Assembly (NCBI GenBank): GCA_048013815.1 | Contig: CM106585.1 | Location: 10,850,001 to 10,914,000 of the forward strand | Direction of reading: 5' to 3' | DNA: 64,000 nucleotides | Origin: Setoptus koraiensis | Taxonomy: Eukaryota; Animalia; Arthropoda | Shown: positions 24,218-35,847 of the stretch, piece after piece | Position numbering within the stretch: position 1 is the stretch's first letter | Layout: the number at the start of each line of letters is the position of its first letter | Program-made: the position numbers and the translations under genes | Notes under the pieces: generated by a model | Database searches by the model: none | What the model was told of the DNA's origin: nothing | Seen by the model: only the letters and a program-made list of their open reading frames with translations

Positions 24218-27200
24218 TGGCCAGATCAGCGCACTCTGACAGGTACCTTTTATTCGCATATACACATCAATATGCGATATATATATAAACATATGTGAAA
24301 GGTATATGTAGGTGATTAACTCGAGAATAATGCATGATAACAGTCGCTGATCCTCTCTGGCCGATCGGCCAAGACCGAGCAGTCAGTTGATTCATCACGA
24401 ACGGCGCTGAATAATCGCAGTCGTTGTTGTTGTTGTTGTTGTTGCTGTTCAATCATGAGCAATGATCAATTTAAATCAAATTAAATTAAATTGAGTCAAA
24501 TCATATCAGATGTTGGCTCGTCACCATTTAGTGCCATGGCGAGCGACCCATGGCCAGGCACATCTGCACTATCTGCGTTAGTAATGCAGTCTGTTTATAG
24601 TTGGAATTACAGTTGAAATTGCAGTGGAAATCGCAGTTGAAATTAAAACTTAAATCTTTCAACCTTGTTGATCACACAAATAAATACACAATCTCTTTAC
24701 AATTGCTCACAACTGCCCAAACAAATATCTCGCTCTCGCCAAATCGCTCTCTCGTCTCAATCTCGCCCGATTAGCCTCAAAGGGTCAGCTAATTGATGAT
24801 GATCATGCAATCACTTAATTACCTAATTGACTAATTGAATGGCTGCACTGTTAGTTAGCAACACTCGCTGGCGTTAACCCTATCCAATGGTAATGGCGTA
24901 ATTGTGCATGTGTAATCATCGATCAGTAGTCGTCCAAGCTAATGAGCATGCATAATCAATCAGCTGGAGCAACCAGGTAAATAATATACTTATATACACT
25001 GTATATAATATATTATGATATTATATACATATTATATATAATAATATGATTCACTGTTAGTTCACATCGAGGCCACACATTGTGAATACTGCTCTCATGT
25101 TATGCCCGGGCATGAATAGTTTGCGTGTGGATCGGATACGACACTCGCATCCGATTTACAATTTTTGTTAGTGCAAAACAGTGTACAACAATATTGACCA
25201 CTGTATTCACCAAGAGCAACTCCAGTGGGTGAATATCCGCAAACTGTGTTCACTGATGAATAGTTTGCAAGTGAATACAGTGATAAAACGTGCCAGGGGC
25301 TAGTTGGCTCACTCGGCAATATAGGTAATTCAAATCAACAGATTTGTTTTTGTTGTTTGCTCTAATTTGTCTCCTAATTTGTGTGAGCTAACACTGGACG
25401 AGTTAACATTATGTATATCTATCGTATTATATGTATATTGTATTTATAGTGCACACCAGATTGAACCAGATATAGGCTGGCTTGTGAGCTGGCAACAATC
25501 GGTTGCTATATATCACTGATAAATTGCCAGGCCAACAACAATGAGTGTTGGTGGCACAATTATTGTTATCATTATGACATGTCCATTAAGCAGCATTGCG
25601 TAACATGTAAATTAGTTGGCGCTTGTTATTATTATTATTAGTTGTTATTTGAGTTCAACTGGGTGTGCTCGCATGCGGCCCCATTTATGTACGTGTATAT
25701 TGTATGGGGCGCATAACCTGCGGAGCCTCATACCTGAGCCTTACACGTGTATACACGTGAGCAGTGAGTGTGGGCCCAGCATTGTGACATGTTCGCATCG
25801 ATGTTGCGATGCGTTAGTGGGCCAGAATTAAACTATTTATAGACGCAATCATTCACATTATATTCTATTTAGATTAATGCGCGCCAGTTGCTGTCAGAGA
25901 GAGAGAGAGAGCACAGTGGAGCAAATTACAGGTCAGCGGTGCACGTAGTACGTGCAGCGGCCCGCTGGCAGCTCAACTTGGGTGGTGGCACCCAAGTCTC
26001 GCTCGGCAACCAGCACACACAATGCCACACACGATCAACTGCACAGGTAACGACTGTACAGGTATACAGGTAGTGGGGGCAGGCAATGGAGGCTAGTGGA
26101 AGCAAACAACATTAACTGTCCAATTGGTGAGGAGCACGCCCATAACACGATAATAGATGTGTGTGTGTGTGTGTGTCGTATAAATATAACGTAAAACACA
26201 TAACAACAGCCCATCACATAACAACATCAGCTGTGCGTGTTATAGGCCCACAAATAATAACAATAATCTCTCATATATGCAAATAACATCTTTGTCCGCT
26301 TTGTTGTGTCTAACTCAGCGTGCCGCGAGCGTGCAAAGAGACGGACAGATTCCATTTATACACAATTTGCGCACAATACAGACACAACAACAACGACAAC
26401 AGCAACAACGACAACAACAGCAACAACAACAACGGCAACAACATTCTCGCCGCTCTCTATATGCTCGCGTTCGTGCTCGCAGACAGCGTACAAACAAGGT
26501 GTAGTGAGTTGCCACACAACCGACAACTGGACACGACAATTACAATAACATAACCATCAAACAACAACAACAACAAACAGATGTTGCACGTCAGACATGA
26601 GAGGCCCCGCGCCGGCCAGAGACGAGAGTGAGGCCCGGCAATCAATGTGTAAATTGTCGGCTCAACTCAATAATCGCTGCTCATTGCTATTCATTGCCCG
26701 CGTACCTCTCTGTGCCGCTGCTTAATGCTCGTGCCCGGGGTATGCCCCACACCTTTTATTGTGGTCGAGCCACTATTCGAGTTATTATGACGATCGTCAT
26801 TATGACCATTGACAGCACCACCTACCATAATACCCTCTATATTACCCGCTGTATTACCCACTGCCGGTCGGACGGGACGCATTTCCGCAAAGTGACGAAC
26901 CGGCCCGGCTCCGTCACTTTGCGGCGTCATAGCCGGTAATGGCCATCAGCTGATTGGCTATAACAGAGATTGCGTAGATGCGTCGAATGACGCCAAAGAT
27001 GAAATGGCCAAACGTGGCCTATAATGGGCTGCTGTTGTTGTTGTTGTTGTTGTTGTGGTTGCCCGTTGCACATGATTCAAGCAGTATAACAATACGGCAC
27101 ATGTGCGTGCCGGCGCGAGGCGTGCCACCCAAAGGCGTGCCAGTGAGAGGCGTGCACAGAGCGTGCTGCAATAATAGGATATAAACGCTCGCAATCAATT

Positions 27201-29355
27201 CAATTAATCTATACCGCGTCAGCAGTGAATATTCATCGGTTATGAATACCATTGATTGAATGCTGGCACAGTGGCGCACCGTGTAGTGTTGTGCACAGCG
27301 ATCAGGCGGCACAGAAATCGATTTGACCGGTCGGCGGACATGTCGGACATGTTAGGCGGACGCGTGCGATAAGACGTTTGTTGTTTATATTATTATGTAA
27401 TTACGCCATTGTTATACGCTTGCGCGATGTTATCATGACAATCACTCTTTTTTTTTCTCTGCGCGCGCTGTCAACGCGCGACTGTGCGATATTTATAGGA
27501 CGGTTGTCACTGGCAACTGGACGCCCACGCCATGCTCGTCACACGGCCCGACGGCAACTCGCCAACCGGCCGGGCCACTGTCAATCATCGTTGAATGCGT
27601 GTGTGTGTGTGTGTGAAACTCGTGGCATTTGCATTTGCACCGGATGTCGGCAGCGCGCACAATCAGCTGATCACCTTGCTCGTGTATATCAGCTCATTTA
27701 TGTATATCATTTATGCGCTGAATGATTGAGGCCCGATCCCATTCGACACCGAGCGAACAATTGAATTGAATTGAATTGAATTCGACCATTCGAAATGACG
27801 ACAACGATCGCTGTTCGCACGCCTGTGCAAGCGCGCCAATGGCCGAATTACGTAATCTTGGTCGTCGGTTGCGCCGACGTGTGTATCACGTGCTGACAGT
27901 TTTATTTGTGTGTGTGTGCGCTCTAATTTTCATCACCAACCTGTCAGCTGTCACCCGCTATCAGCTGACGTGTGACATTAGTGTCGCCGTTGTGTAGCCA
28001 ACAGGCTGACAGCCAGCCAAACAAGCTCACCTCATCAGCTGGCCTATATGTCGTATTATACATGTCGCATTATATATATCGTGCCGTAAATGCACTTATC
28101 TGTCCAAATTAGACACTAGTTAGTTGTCTATTTGGTCTATCTCACAAGTTAGTGTGTCTATCGTGTCGACACAAATGCCGGAGTGGCAGCCACTTTCACT
28201 TGTCCGATTTGCGACAAGTATTCACAAACGACACCATTCAGGCACTCGTATCATACAAGTACGAGTGTACGAGTCGTCAAGTATAGCGACAAGTATTCAT
28301 AATTCACGCGAGAATATTGTTGCAAGTTGCGAGTTGCAGCAACTTTGTTTGTCGCTGTCTGGGCAAATCTGGGCAAATTCAATTTCATTCAACTGTTGTC
28401 ACAATGATGGCTGAATGCAGTTTGAACAGGTTGTTGTGTCACTCGCAGCCGTAGCCATTTTGACGACAACACAATTAATGTGTGTGTCGAAATAAAGCCT
28501 CGCCGAGCTACAAATAGATTATATTGTCAGTGTTACAAATGCTATTGTATTTGCAGTGAAGTCACAACAAAATTAATTGTTGTTGTCTCACCCGATCCAA
28601 TCTCGCACAATTGTCAGTTGGCAGTCTATATATACGCACAACAGCTACGAGCTGGCATCACAACACAAACGCAACAAACTGACTCGGTTTATATCGGCGC
28701 CTATTGCGCAATCAACAATGGCCACCAACGAAATAATAATAAAAAAGGCGCCCAATTCGGCACCCAAAAAAGTGTGAACGGCGCAGATGAGCTGGCGAGT
28801 TAATGATGAAAATTGTAATCAAAATACGCTTGAATTAACACGTTTTTTCCGCTCTTTGGCCTCAAACGGCCTGCCGAGCGGCCAACTTTTGCACTAATTC
28901 TTTTCGGCTTCTTCTTGTCAATTGTGGCCTCTTTTTATCCCGTTTCGGCTGCCGTTTCGATCGGCGCCATTTCGCTGCACTGAGTGTGTGTGTTGTGCCA
29001 AGTGTGGCGTGCTAGTTGTTGCCACAACAGATATAGTGCATGTTAGATCAAACGAAAAGTGTGTAATGAAAAAAGAAAACACTTGGAATCTTTTTTCCCC
29101 CTACTTCTGCCAACCGATGCCAGCTAATGATTGTTGTTTATCTCGGTCTCGTCACTCTCAATCCAAATCACAAAATAAAACTAAAACTAAAACAATTATC
29201 GCTCTTTTTGCAGCCCGTTCTCACTAATTTGCTGCTGCTCACTGATTTTCCAATCTCAATCGCTCAACTTAATGGTTGCGTTGTAATTGTTAATCTGTCT
29301 GTTGTAATATATAAATACAAACGCAAACAGCGAAAACATCATATAGTGCACTCAC

Positions 29356-31390
29356 CTGATGATGGCCTGTCCGAGTAACGGGTACAGAATACCCAAGCCG
29401 GCAAGCCCCCTGGCGGCGGCAGGGGCTCTCCCTTGCTGTTGGTGGTGATGGATTTTTTGTCCGTTGTTGCCGACTGTCCGCCGTTTGTCACCGACTGGCT
29501 GCAATCGCTATCCAAATTGTTGTTATTCTCAGAATCATTAGCAACCTGAGCGGCATGCATTGTGTCTTTGTTTGTGAGCGCCGGCGACGCATTTGTGCTC
29601 ATGGTGGGGGTGCTGGTGGTCTCATTAAATAGTGTACATGATGACTTAGTTTGATTTTGGTTGTTGTCCGAAGAAAAAGAACGTTTGTTGCTGTTGTTGT
29701 TGTTGTTCGTCTTGCTTGCGTGCGAACCGGCACCGCTGCTGGACAGCTTGAGATCAGCTGATGTTGTTGTTGTTGTGTTGTCGTTTCCGTTTATCATTCC
29801 AATCAACGACGACAATGGACTGCTGCCGCTAAACGGTGATTGTTTGGCGGCTGACGCAACGCTGCCGCTGCCACTGTTGGCCACTTGAGATAATGATTGA
29901 TTAACAAATGTCGATATAGACGACAAAGGTGACATCGGCCTGTTATGATTGCTTAGTTGTTGACCATTTTGCGTCACCTGTTTGAGTTGTTTGGGTTGCT
30001 TTGGTTGTTGGTGGTGGTGGTTGTTGCTGTTGTTGTGGTTGCTGTTGTTGTGGTTGTGGTGATGCGTCGAAGATGATGAAGATGGTGACGAAGAGGAGCA
30101 AGAGGACGACGAAGACGACGACGATGAGCTAGACAACGAATTAGAGGAGGCCAACGATGAGGTTGAGGCCGCCGGACTTCCGCTAGGCTGACGATTGATC
30201 GCTGTTGTGCCATGGTTGTTGCTGCCGTTGTTGCTGTTGTATTGGTGGTGGTGGTTGTGGTGACGTTGATTAGACGTTTGAATAGTTGCTGAGTTGTTGA
30301 GATGATATTTTCCATTGGCATTGACACTGCTGTTGCTGGCAGTTAAAGCAGTAGGTTGTTGTTGTTGTTGATTAAGCAATTGATGCGAGCTAATAATAGG
30401 CGCTGACGCAATCTGATTCAATGTGCTCAATTGACTCAATTGGCTTAGATGGTTCAATTGATGATTCAAATGGTGCTGATGAACGCCTGCAGCGCCGTTA
30501 GCGGCGGCACCCAATATGCCGGACTGTTGTTGTTGTTGTTGTTTGTTGTTGTTGTTGTTGTTGTGGTTGGCGTTGTTGAGCGATCTAAGCATTGGGGATG
30601 CCAACAGTTGTTGGTGATACTGATTGAGATGCTGTTGTTCATCTTTGGAAATATGTCGCTGGTTGGCGGTGGTGAGATGTGGTTGTCGTCCGTTCACTGC
30701 TAATTGAGCTTGGTGTTGCTGATGTAGCAACTGCATCTGTAGGTGCAATTGTTGCTGGTATGCGGCGGTGGATATAGGTTGCTGCTGCTGTTGCTGATGT
30801 AACTGGTGCAGTTGTAATAATTGTTGCTGGTGGTGCTGCTGATGTTGTTGTTGTTGCTGTTGTTGTTGTATATAATGAGCCATGAGTAGTGCCAACGGGT
30901 TAGCCGGGCCGGGCATAAAGTTTGGGGCAGCACTGAGGGCAGCAGCTGCAGCGGCGGCCGCCGCCGCTGCGGCAGCCGTAACAGTGACACTGGCCTGAGA
31001 ATGGGGCGACTCCAGGCCGGGCATACCAGGCGCGCCGGCCCCAAACAAATTGGGAAGCTGCGTCATAGTCGGGCCGGTTGGCGTAGAGTGGCCACTTCCG
31101 CTTGTGGATAGATGGTCATATTTGGTGCTGATGTTGTTGTTGTTGCTGTGGAGTTGCTGTTGCTGCTGCTCTTGAGTTTTTAGTATGGCATCTATTGAGA
31201 ATGCCGACATGCGTTGATTTTGCATCTTGATTTGCTTTTGTTTGTGCTGTTGTTGTTGTTGTTGTCTCGACGATGCGGTGAATAAATAATTGTTGTTGTT
31301 GCTGTTGTTGTTCAATGGTGGCGATATTAGCTTGCTTAGATCGGCTGTTGTTGACGACAAATGATGATGCTTGTTGATGCTATTGATCAT
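29356..31390 (-). CDS. en: engrailed-family gene, exon 1 (eh1 and EH2 motifs; polyQ/A/S/N/H tracts). Spliced protein about 882 aa
   Basis: FSIDAIL (eh1 Groucho-binding motif), 13-Ala tract, LPAWVFCTRYSDRPSSG (EH2), then donor G|GTGAGT. The start could also be Met57 (MQNQRMSAFSIDAIL). Confidence 0.92.
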
Positions 31391-31549
31391 TGTCTGTTGT
31401 GTGCGCTGTTGCTGCCACTGCCACTGCTAGATTGAACGGATGTTGCGAAACAACTTGTTGTTGTTGTTGTCGTTGTTGCCGGTCGCTTGTTGTGACCAGT
31501 TCTGAACAAACAATTCGGCGTCGTTGCGATTCGATTTGATGATTTTATC

Positions 31550-31966
31550 AACTGACTGAGTGAGTGTTAACGTGCGGCTGAAAACGAAACTGTGACCCCC
31601 ATCGAATCGCTTCGCGTTCTCCAGGTGAGTTCGGTGAGTTGTCCAGGTGAGTTGGGCGAGTTGTTCAGGTGAGCGAGCAAACAAACGAACAAACAGACAG
31701 ACGGTTCGGGGAATTATCGTCAAATGAAGACATTCATGGGCTAACTAGCATGCTATCATTAATGATCATGTTGACATATAAGAGTATTCATATTCTAGTC
31801 TGCAACTCAGTCTTATCGCACACACATCCGAGGATAATTCTTTTTTTACGCCGCTGTGCGCATGCGCCCGGGCGAGTTCCAATCGGACAAATTCGAATTG
31901 GCATGGTTCGAAGCGAACTTCGAAGCAACTCGACCTACAGTAATGAGCGGTGAAGCGCGCATGCGT
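31550..31966 (-). promoter_or_regulatory. Putative engrailed core promoter region
   Basis: Overlapping Inr-like TCAGTC/TCAGTT on the minus strand (31550-31559) about 160 nt upstream of the ATG; NRF1/Ewg-type TGCGCATGCGC (31857-31867) and GCGCATGCGT (31957-31966). Confidence 0.4.
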
Positions 31967-31993
31967 GCCCTCTCTCGTCACCATCGCACGGCT

Positions 31994-31999
31994 ACACGC

Positions 32000-32054
<55 letters not shown>

Positions 32055-32074
32055 GACACACACACACACACACT

Positions 32075-32124
<50 letters not shown>

Positions 32125-32150
32125 GACACACACACTCACACGGACACACA
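31994..32150. repeat. Long interrupted (CA)n microsatellite
   Basis: Read directly. Confidence 0.95.
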
Positions 32151-33687
32151 GGGCTAATTAGAGCAGGCATCCTGGAATGGCGCCATCTGGCGGTTGCAGG
32201 CCCATTATAGTGGCAGGCGCCTATAAACGTGCACAGCCGTGGCACAGCGAGCGCGGCCAAGTGCTGCGCGCAGCACAAATCCCGCTCTCGCACCCATCAT
32301 GCGAGCTAATGATTATGTGACACGACCGCCGGCCGATACGCTTCAATTTGGCACTGCGGCAATTGCACATTGTCGGAATTGCACATTGTCGGAGTTGCAC
32401 ATTGTCGGAGTTGCACATTGTCGTAATTGTATCATGCGAGCCTGCGGTGGTTGCCGTACGTGGCTCGCATCGACCCAGCGAAACGTCGACGCGCGAAGAG
32501 ACGAGAGCGAGAGAGAGAGAGAGCGATACATATGTGGAACCATGGATAGAGAGAGAGCGAATTTAGACATAATAGACGAGAGACAATTGGCCATTGGATA
32601 GCGCGAGAATCTCACGGTGTGTGCGATTTGGCAATGATTAGTTTGTGTGCAATTGCCAGCGATTGTGTTGTTGTTGTCGTTGTTGTTGCCGTGGCTGTTG
32701 TTGCCGCGGTTGTTGTGGCTGTCGGCCGTGGCGCGCCGAGCAACTTTCACGAGAACAAAAATGGAAGTGGCAGCTGCCAATTGTGTGACAGCACCCATTT
32801 GGGTGGCCATTCACTGTTGGCGGCGGCGGCGGCGGCAGCGCCGAAAATAGTTCAATTGGTCAGTCAGCACCCAAGTGTGTCTTTGTGCGCCCGTGTGCCT
32901 GTGCCGGGCGCACAGTTGTTGGAATGCTGCGCGACGGCGATTGGATTGTTTGCAACTTGCAGCTTGCAACGCGACTCGCCCAATCGAGTGCCCGCAGCGA
33001 GCTATTCCGTTGGACGCGACCAAATATACACATCATGCCTATATGTCGACTGCAGCGCCGCCATTCGAGGGACGATCGGTCGTGTTGGGATTGGGTGCAA
33101 TGGTCGGCTGTTTGGGGCTCTCGAGTGGAAAGTTTCGAGCCGAGTTCCGTGCAGCCGCACGGCTCGAAACTTTCGGTCCCGCGGCGAAAAGAGCTGTGCC
33201 GAAAAGAGCTGTGCTGCGAAGAGCTGTGCTGAGAGGAATTGTGCCGAGAGGAATTGTGCGCCAACTGTTCGCGCGCGACTGGCTCGGCGGCCGCGAATGG
33301 CCGCGAATAGCCGCAAATGCTGAGCCCCCAACGCTGGCTGCGTGCATGTGCGTGTATCGCTGGCTGCGTGCGTGTGCGTGTATCGCTGGCTGCGTGCGTG
33401 TGCGCGTTGCACTGGCCGTGTGCGTGTATGGAACAGCGAGCGTTCGGAGAAGTTGCAAGTTGAAGTTCGAAGCGGCGCTTGCGAGTGGCGGAACAATGGA
33501 CGAAAACGTCGGCCGAACAATGGAATATCTCACTCACAAGCCTCACTCAGCGACTCGCCAGCAACAGATGAGCAGCGTGCGCATTATAGGCGCATCGGGC
33601 AGGGGCTCTGGCGCGCACCATGGCACCGATGCCGATCATGGGCCGCGCTGCGCCGAAGCATGTCGTTTGTGCGAGCATGTGCCATCT

Positions 33688-33807
33688 CAGGTGAGCTCGG
33701 GTGACTCGGGTGGCTCAGGTAGGCGACTCAGGTAGTGAGCTCAGGTAGAGAGCTCAGGTAGAGAGCTCAGGTAGAGAGCTCAGGTGAGCTCAGGTGAGCT
33801 CAGGTAG
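33688..33807. repeat. GAGCTCAGGT(A/G) tandem array containing 6x CAGGTAG and 3x CAGGTG
   Basis: CAGGTAG at 33716, 33729, 33742, 33755, 33768 and 33801; CAGGTG at 33688, 33781 and 33791. Confidence 0.9.
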
Positions 33808-34028
33808 AGAGAGAGGCGTCTATGATTAATTCATGCTGCTGCTGTTAATCATTCATCTGCTGCTGCCATTTAAAGTTGGCCGCTGTCAGAGCGCCCAAGC
33901 ATCGCCATGCGAGTTCTAATTTGACCGCCGGACAGTTGTAGCCGGTCGGCGTTGCGGCTCCGAGTTTCGGCGCTCGCTCGAAGCCGCCCGAAGCCGCTCG
34001 AAGCCAGCGAAGCCGAAGAAGCGAGAAA

Positions 34029-34091
34029 GCGAGAGAAGCGAGAGAAGCGAGAGAAGCGAGAGAAGCGAGAGAAGCGAGAGAAGCGAGAGAA
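34029..34091. repeat. 9-bp tandem repeat GCGAGAGAA x7; related units recur at about 41290-41390
   Basis: Read directly. Confidence 0.9.
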
Positions 34092-34975
34092 GTCAGAGAA
34101 GCGCAAGCCGGTGGAAGCCAGAGCCGGAGAAGCCGCGGAGAAGCATGAGAATGCAAATTGAGCCACACACACACAATAGACAATATAATCACTTTTTTCA
34201 TGGCTGCCAGTGGCGAGCACGCCGGCCCACAGCCGCGCACCCACAGCATGTTGCGGCCGTGCCGTCGTGTGCGTTCTCGTCCGATGTTTGTGTCTGTTTT
34301 ATATCTGTTTTATATCTGTTTTAGCAGCTTGCACTGGCCAGAAATGGCCGACAGGCTCGCATTATGATGGCGCATCATACATCTATATCTCGGGATAGTT
34401 CGGGATATCTCATAGTATCGCTGCGTATCGCTGCGTATGGTCGCACATCTCCGCACATCTCCGCACATCTCCGAACATCTCCGAACATGTCCGAACGCGA
34501 TGCAGGCAGCAACAAACGGCCAACAGAGCCAAGGTTAGCGCCGGCCACGGTGCCAACGTAATAACTATATCACAACGCCAAAGTTACAAACATGCTGCTG
34601 CAATGTAATTCATCTGATAACTTTTGCCCGAGCGTCAACAAGTGAAAAAGCTGCTCCGGTTGCCTCGTCGGCTTCGCTGGCTCGGGCTTCGCTGGCTTCT
34701 CTGGCTTCGTTGGCTCTGGCTTCGTTGGCCGCTGTGGCACCGACTAGCCACTGGCCAGAGCTGCCAATTGCATCATCATTAGCCGCCGGTTTGGGTGGGC
34801 GCAAACAAAGCGACGCACACTCATGCAAACAATGGCCAATTCAACAGGTAAGCGCCCACCACGGCAGCTCACATTCTGTATTGGGGATGCAAACAAACAG
34901 CGCAAAGTTGTCACAATAGCGACCGTCGCAATTTGTCACACACTGCAATTATCAGCACTAATGATAATTGAATTT

Positions 34976-35088
34976 CGGCCATTCGTTGCCATTCAGCGAC
35001 GGCTGTCGCCATTCAACAACAACGCTCGCCATTGAGGCCCAAAGGCGAGCGTTGTCTCAATTGATGCCATGGCACTGTTGACACAATC
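34976..35088 (+). repeat. Direct repeat, left copy, flanking the captured LDLR fragments
   Basis: Core ATTGAGGCCC..GGCGAGCGTTGTCTCAATTGATGCCAT.GCACTGTTGA.ACAATC is shared with 35763-35847. Confidence 0.85.
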
Positions 35089-35104
35089 GCATACTGTTGA
35101 TGTG

Positions 35105-35764
35105 CCGGTGTTTATGATACCCAGGGCATGGATTATGATGGCAACATGGGCCTTGTCTCTGGTCGGAGCACGCGAATTGCCGGATAATGTCAATGAAATC
35201 ACATTACTAGACTGCAACAGCTCTTTACAACTGTCTCTGGGCCCCTATACATTGCATGGCACTCGTTAAAATACAATGGCAATTTCTCATTGCAGGATTG
35301 AAATGTCAATTATCTATGAATATCAATCTTACCAAGTAACAGTAGCAATTTCATTGGGCCCTCATTGTTTACCAGAGGATTACAGCCATTTGTTATCAAG
35401 CAGAAAGAAATCTTGTCGCATGGGATATTTTCCCTGCTCCCAAGTAGAGTGTGTACAGTTTAAATTTGTTTGTGACGGTCAGCACCATTGCTCTGATGGT
35501 TCGGACGAAGGCCGGAGGTGCCACTCGTCGTGTGCTACCAGCATTGGTCCGCATCCGACTTGTGGCCATAGAGAAAGTGGCCGTTCAGCCAGTTTCACTG
35601 TATTTTAGCTGTATTGTTCCGACGGATATGTGCAATCGCATTTCCGGTAACTGCTCAACGATAGTACAAGATCCAGTCAACTTAACTAGCTTGGCGCTGG
35701 CGCCTTATTTATTATTTATTATTATGGCCATCGTGGGCACTAACGGCAGAACCGAGAGAGCACG
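35105..35764 (+). pseudogene. Scrambled, frameshifted fragments of the LDLR-family gene at 53097-55340
   Basis: 35105-35259 matches 54310-54467; 35357-35543 matches 53805-53991; 35599-35764 matches 54487-54655. By-eye identity is about 88-96%, with indels. Confidence 0.92.
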
Positions 35765-35847
35765 GCCATTTGTTGCCATTCAACGACAATTGAGGCCCCA
35801 ATGGCGAGCGTTGTCTCAATTGATGCCATTGCACTGTTGATACAATC
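35763..35847 (+). repeat. Direct repeat, right copy, flanking the captured LDLR fragments
   Basis: Matches 34976-35088. Confidence 0.85.

Larger units (their letters stand above)
10850..29355 (-). other. en: engrailed intron 1 (18,506 nt), microsatellite-rich, probably regulatory
   Basis: Phase-1 donor G|GTGAGT at 29356/29355 directly after EH2 (RYSDRPSSG), and phase-1 acceptor at 10850 giving G-PRSRR, the conserved engrailed junction. Confidence 0.88.

Noticed and set aside
10850-29355. Canonical 6-nt RS microexon (ag|GTCGAA|gt type)
   Set aside because: A by-eye scan found no such hexamer with both splice sites; only the 9-nt candidate qualified. A computational scan could still find a missed one.
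31905-31915. GGTTCGAAGC, a Pol III B-box-like motif suggesting a tRNA or SINE
   Set aside because: No A-box, cloverleaf or oligo-T terminator at the proper spacing.
32619-33735. Several long overlapping ORFs (172-286 aa) on both strands
   Set aside because: GC-rich, built from short tandem repeats, open in multiple frames, no recognisable motif; stop-codon depletion is compositional.
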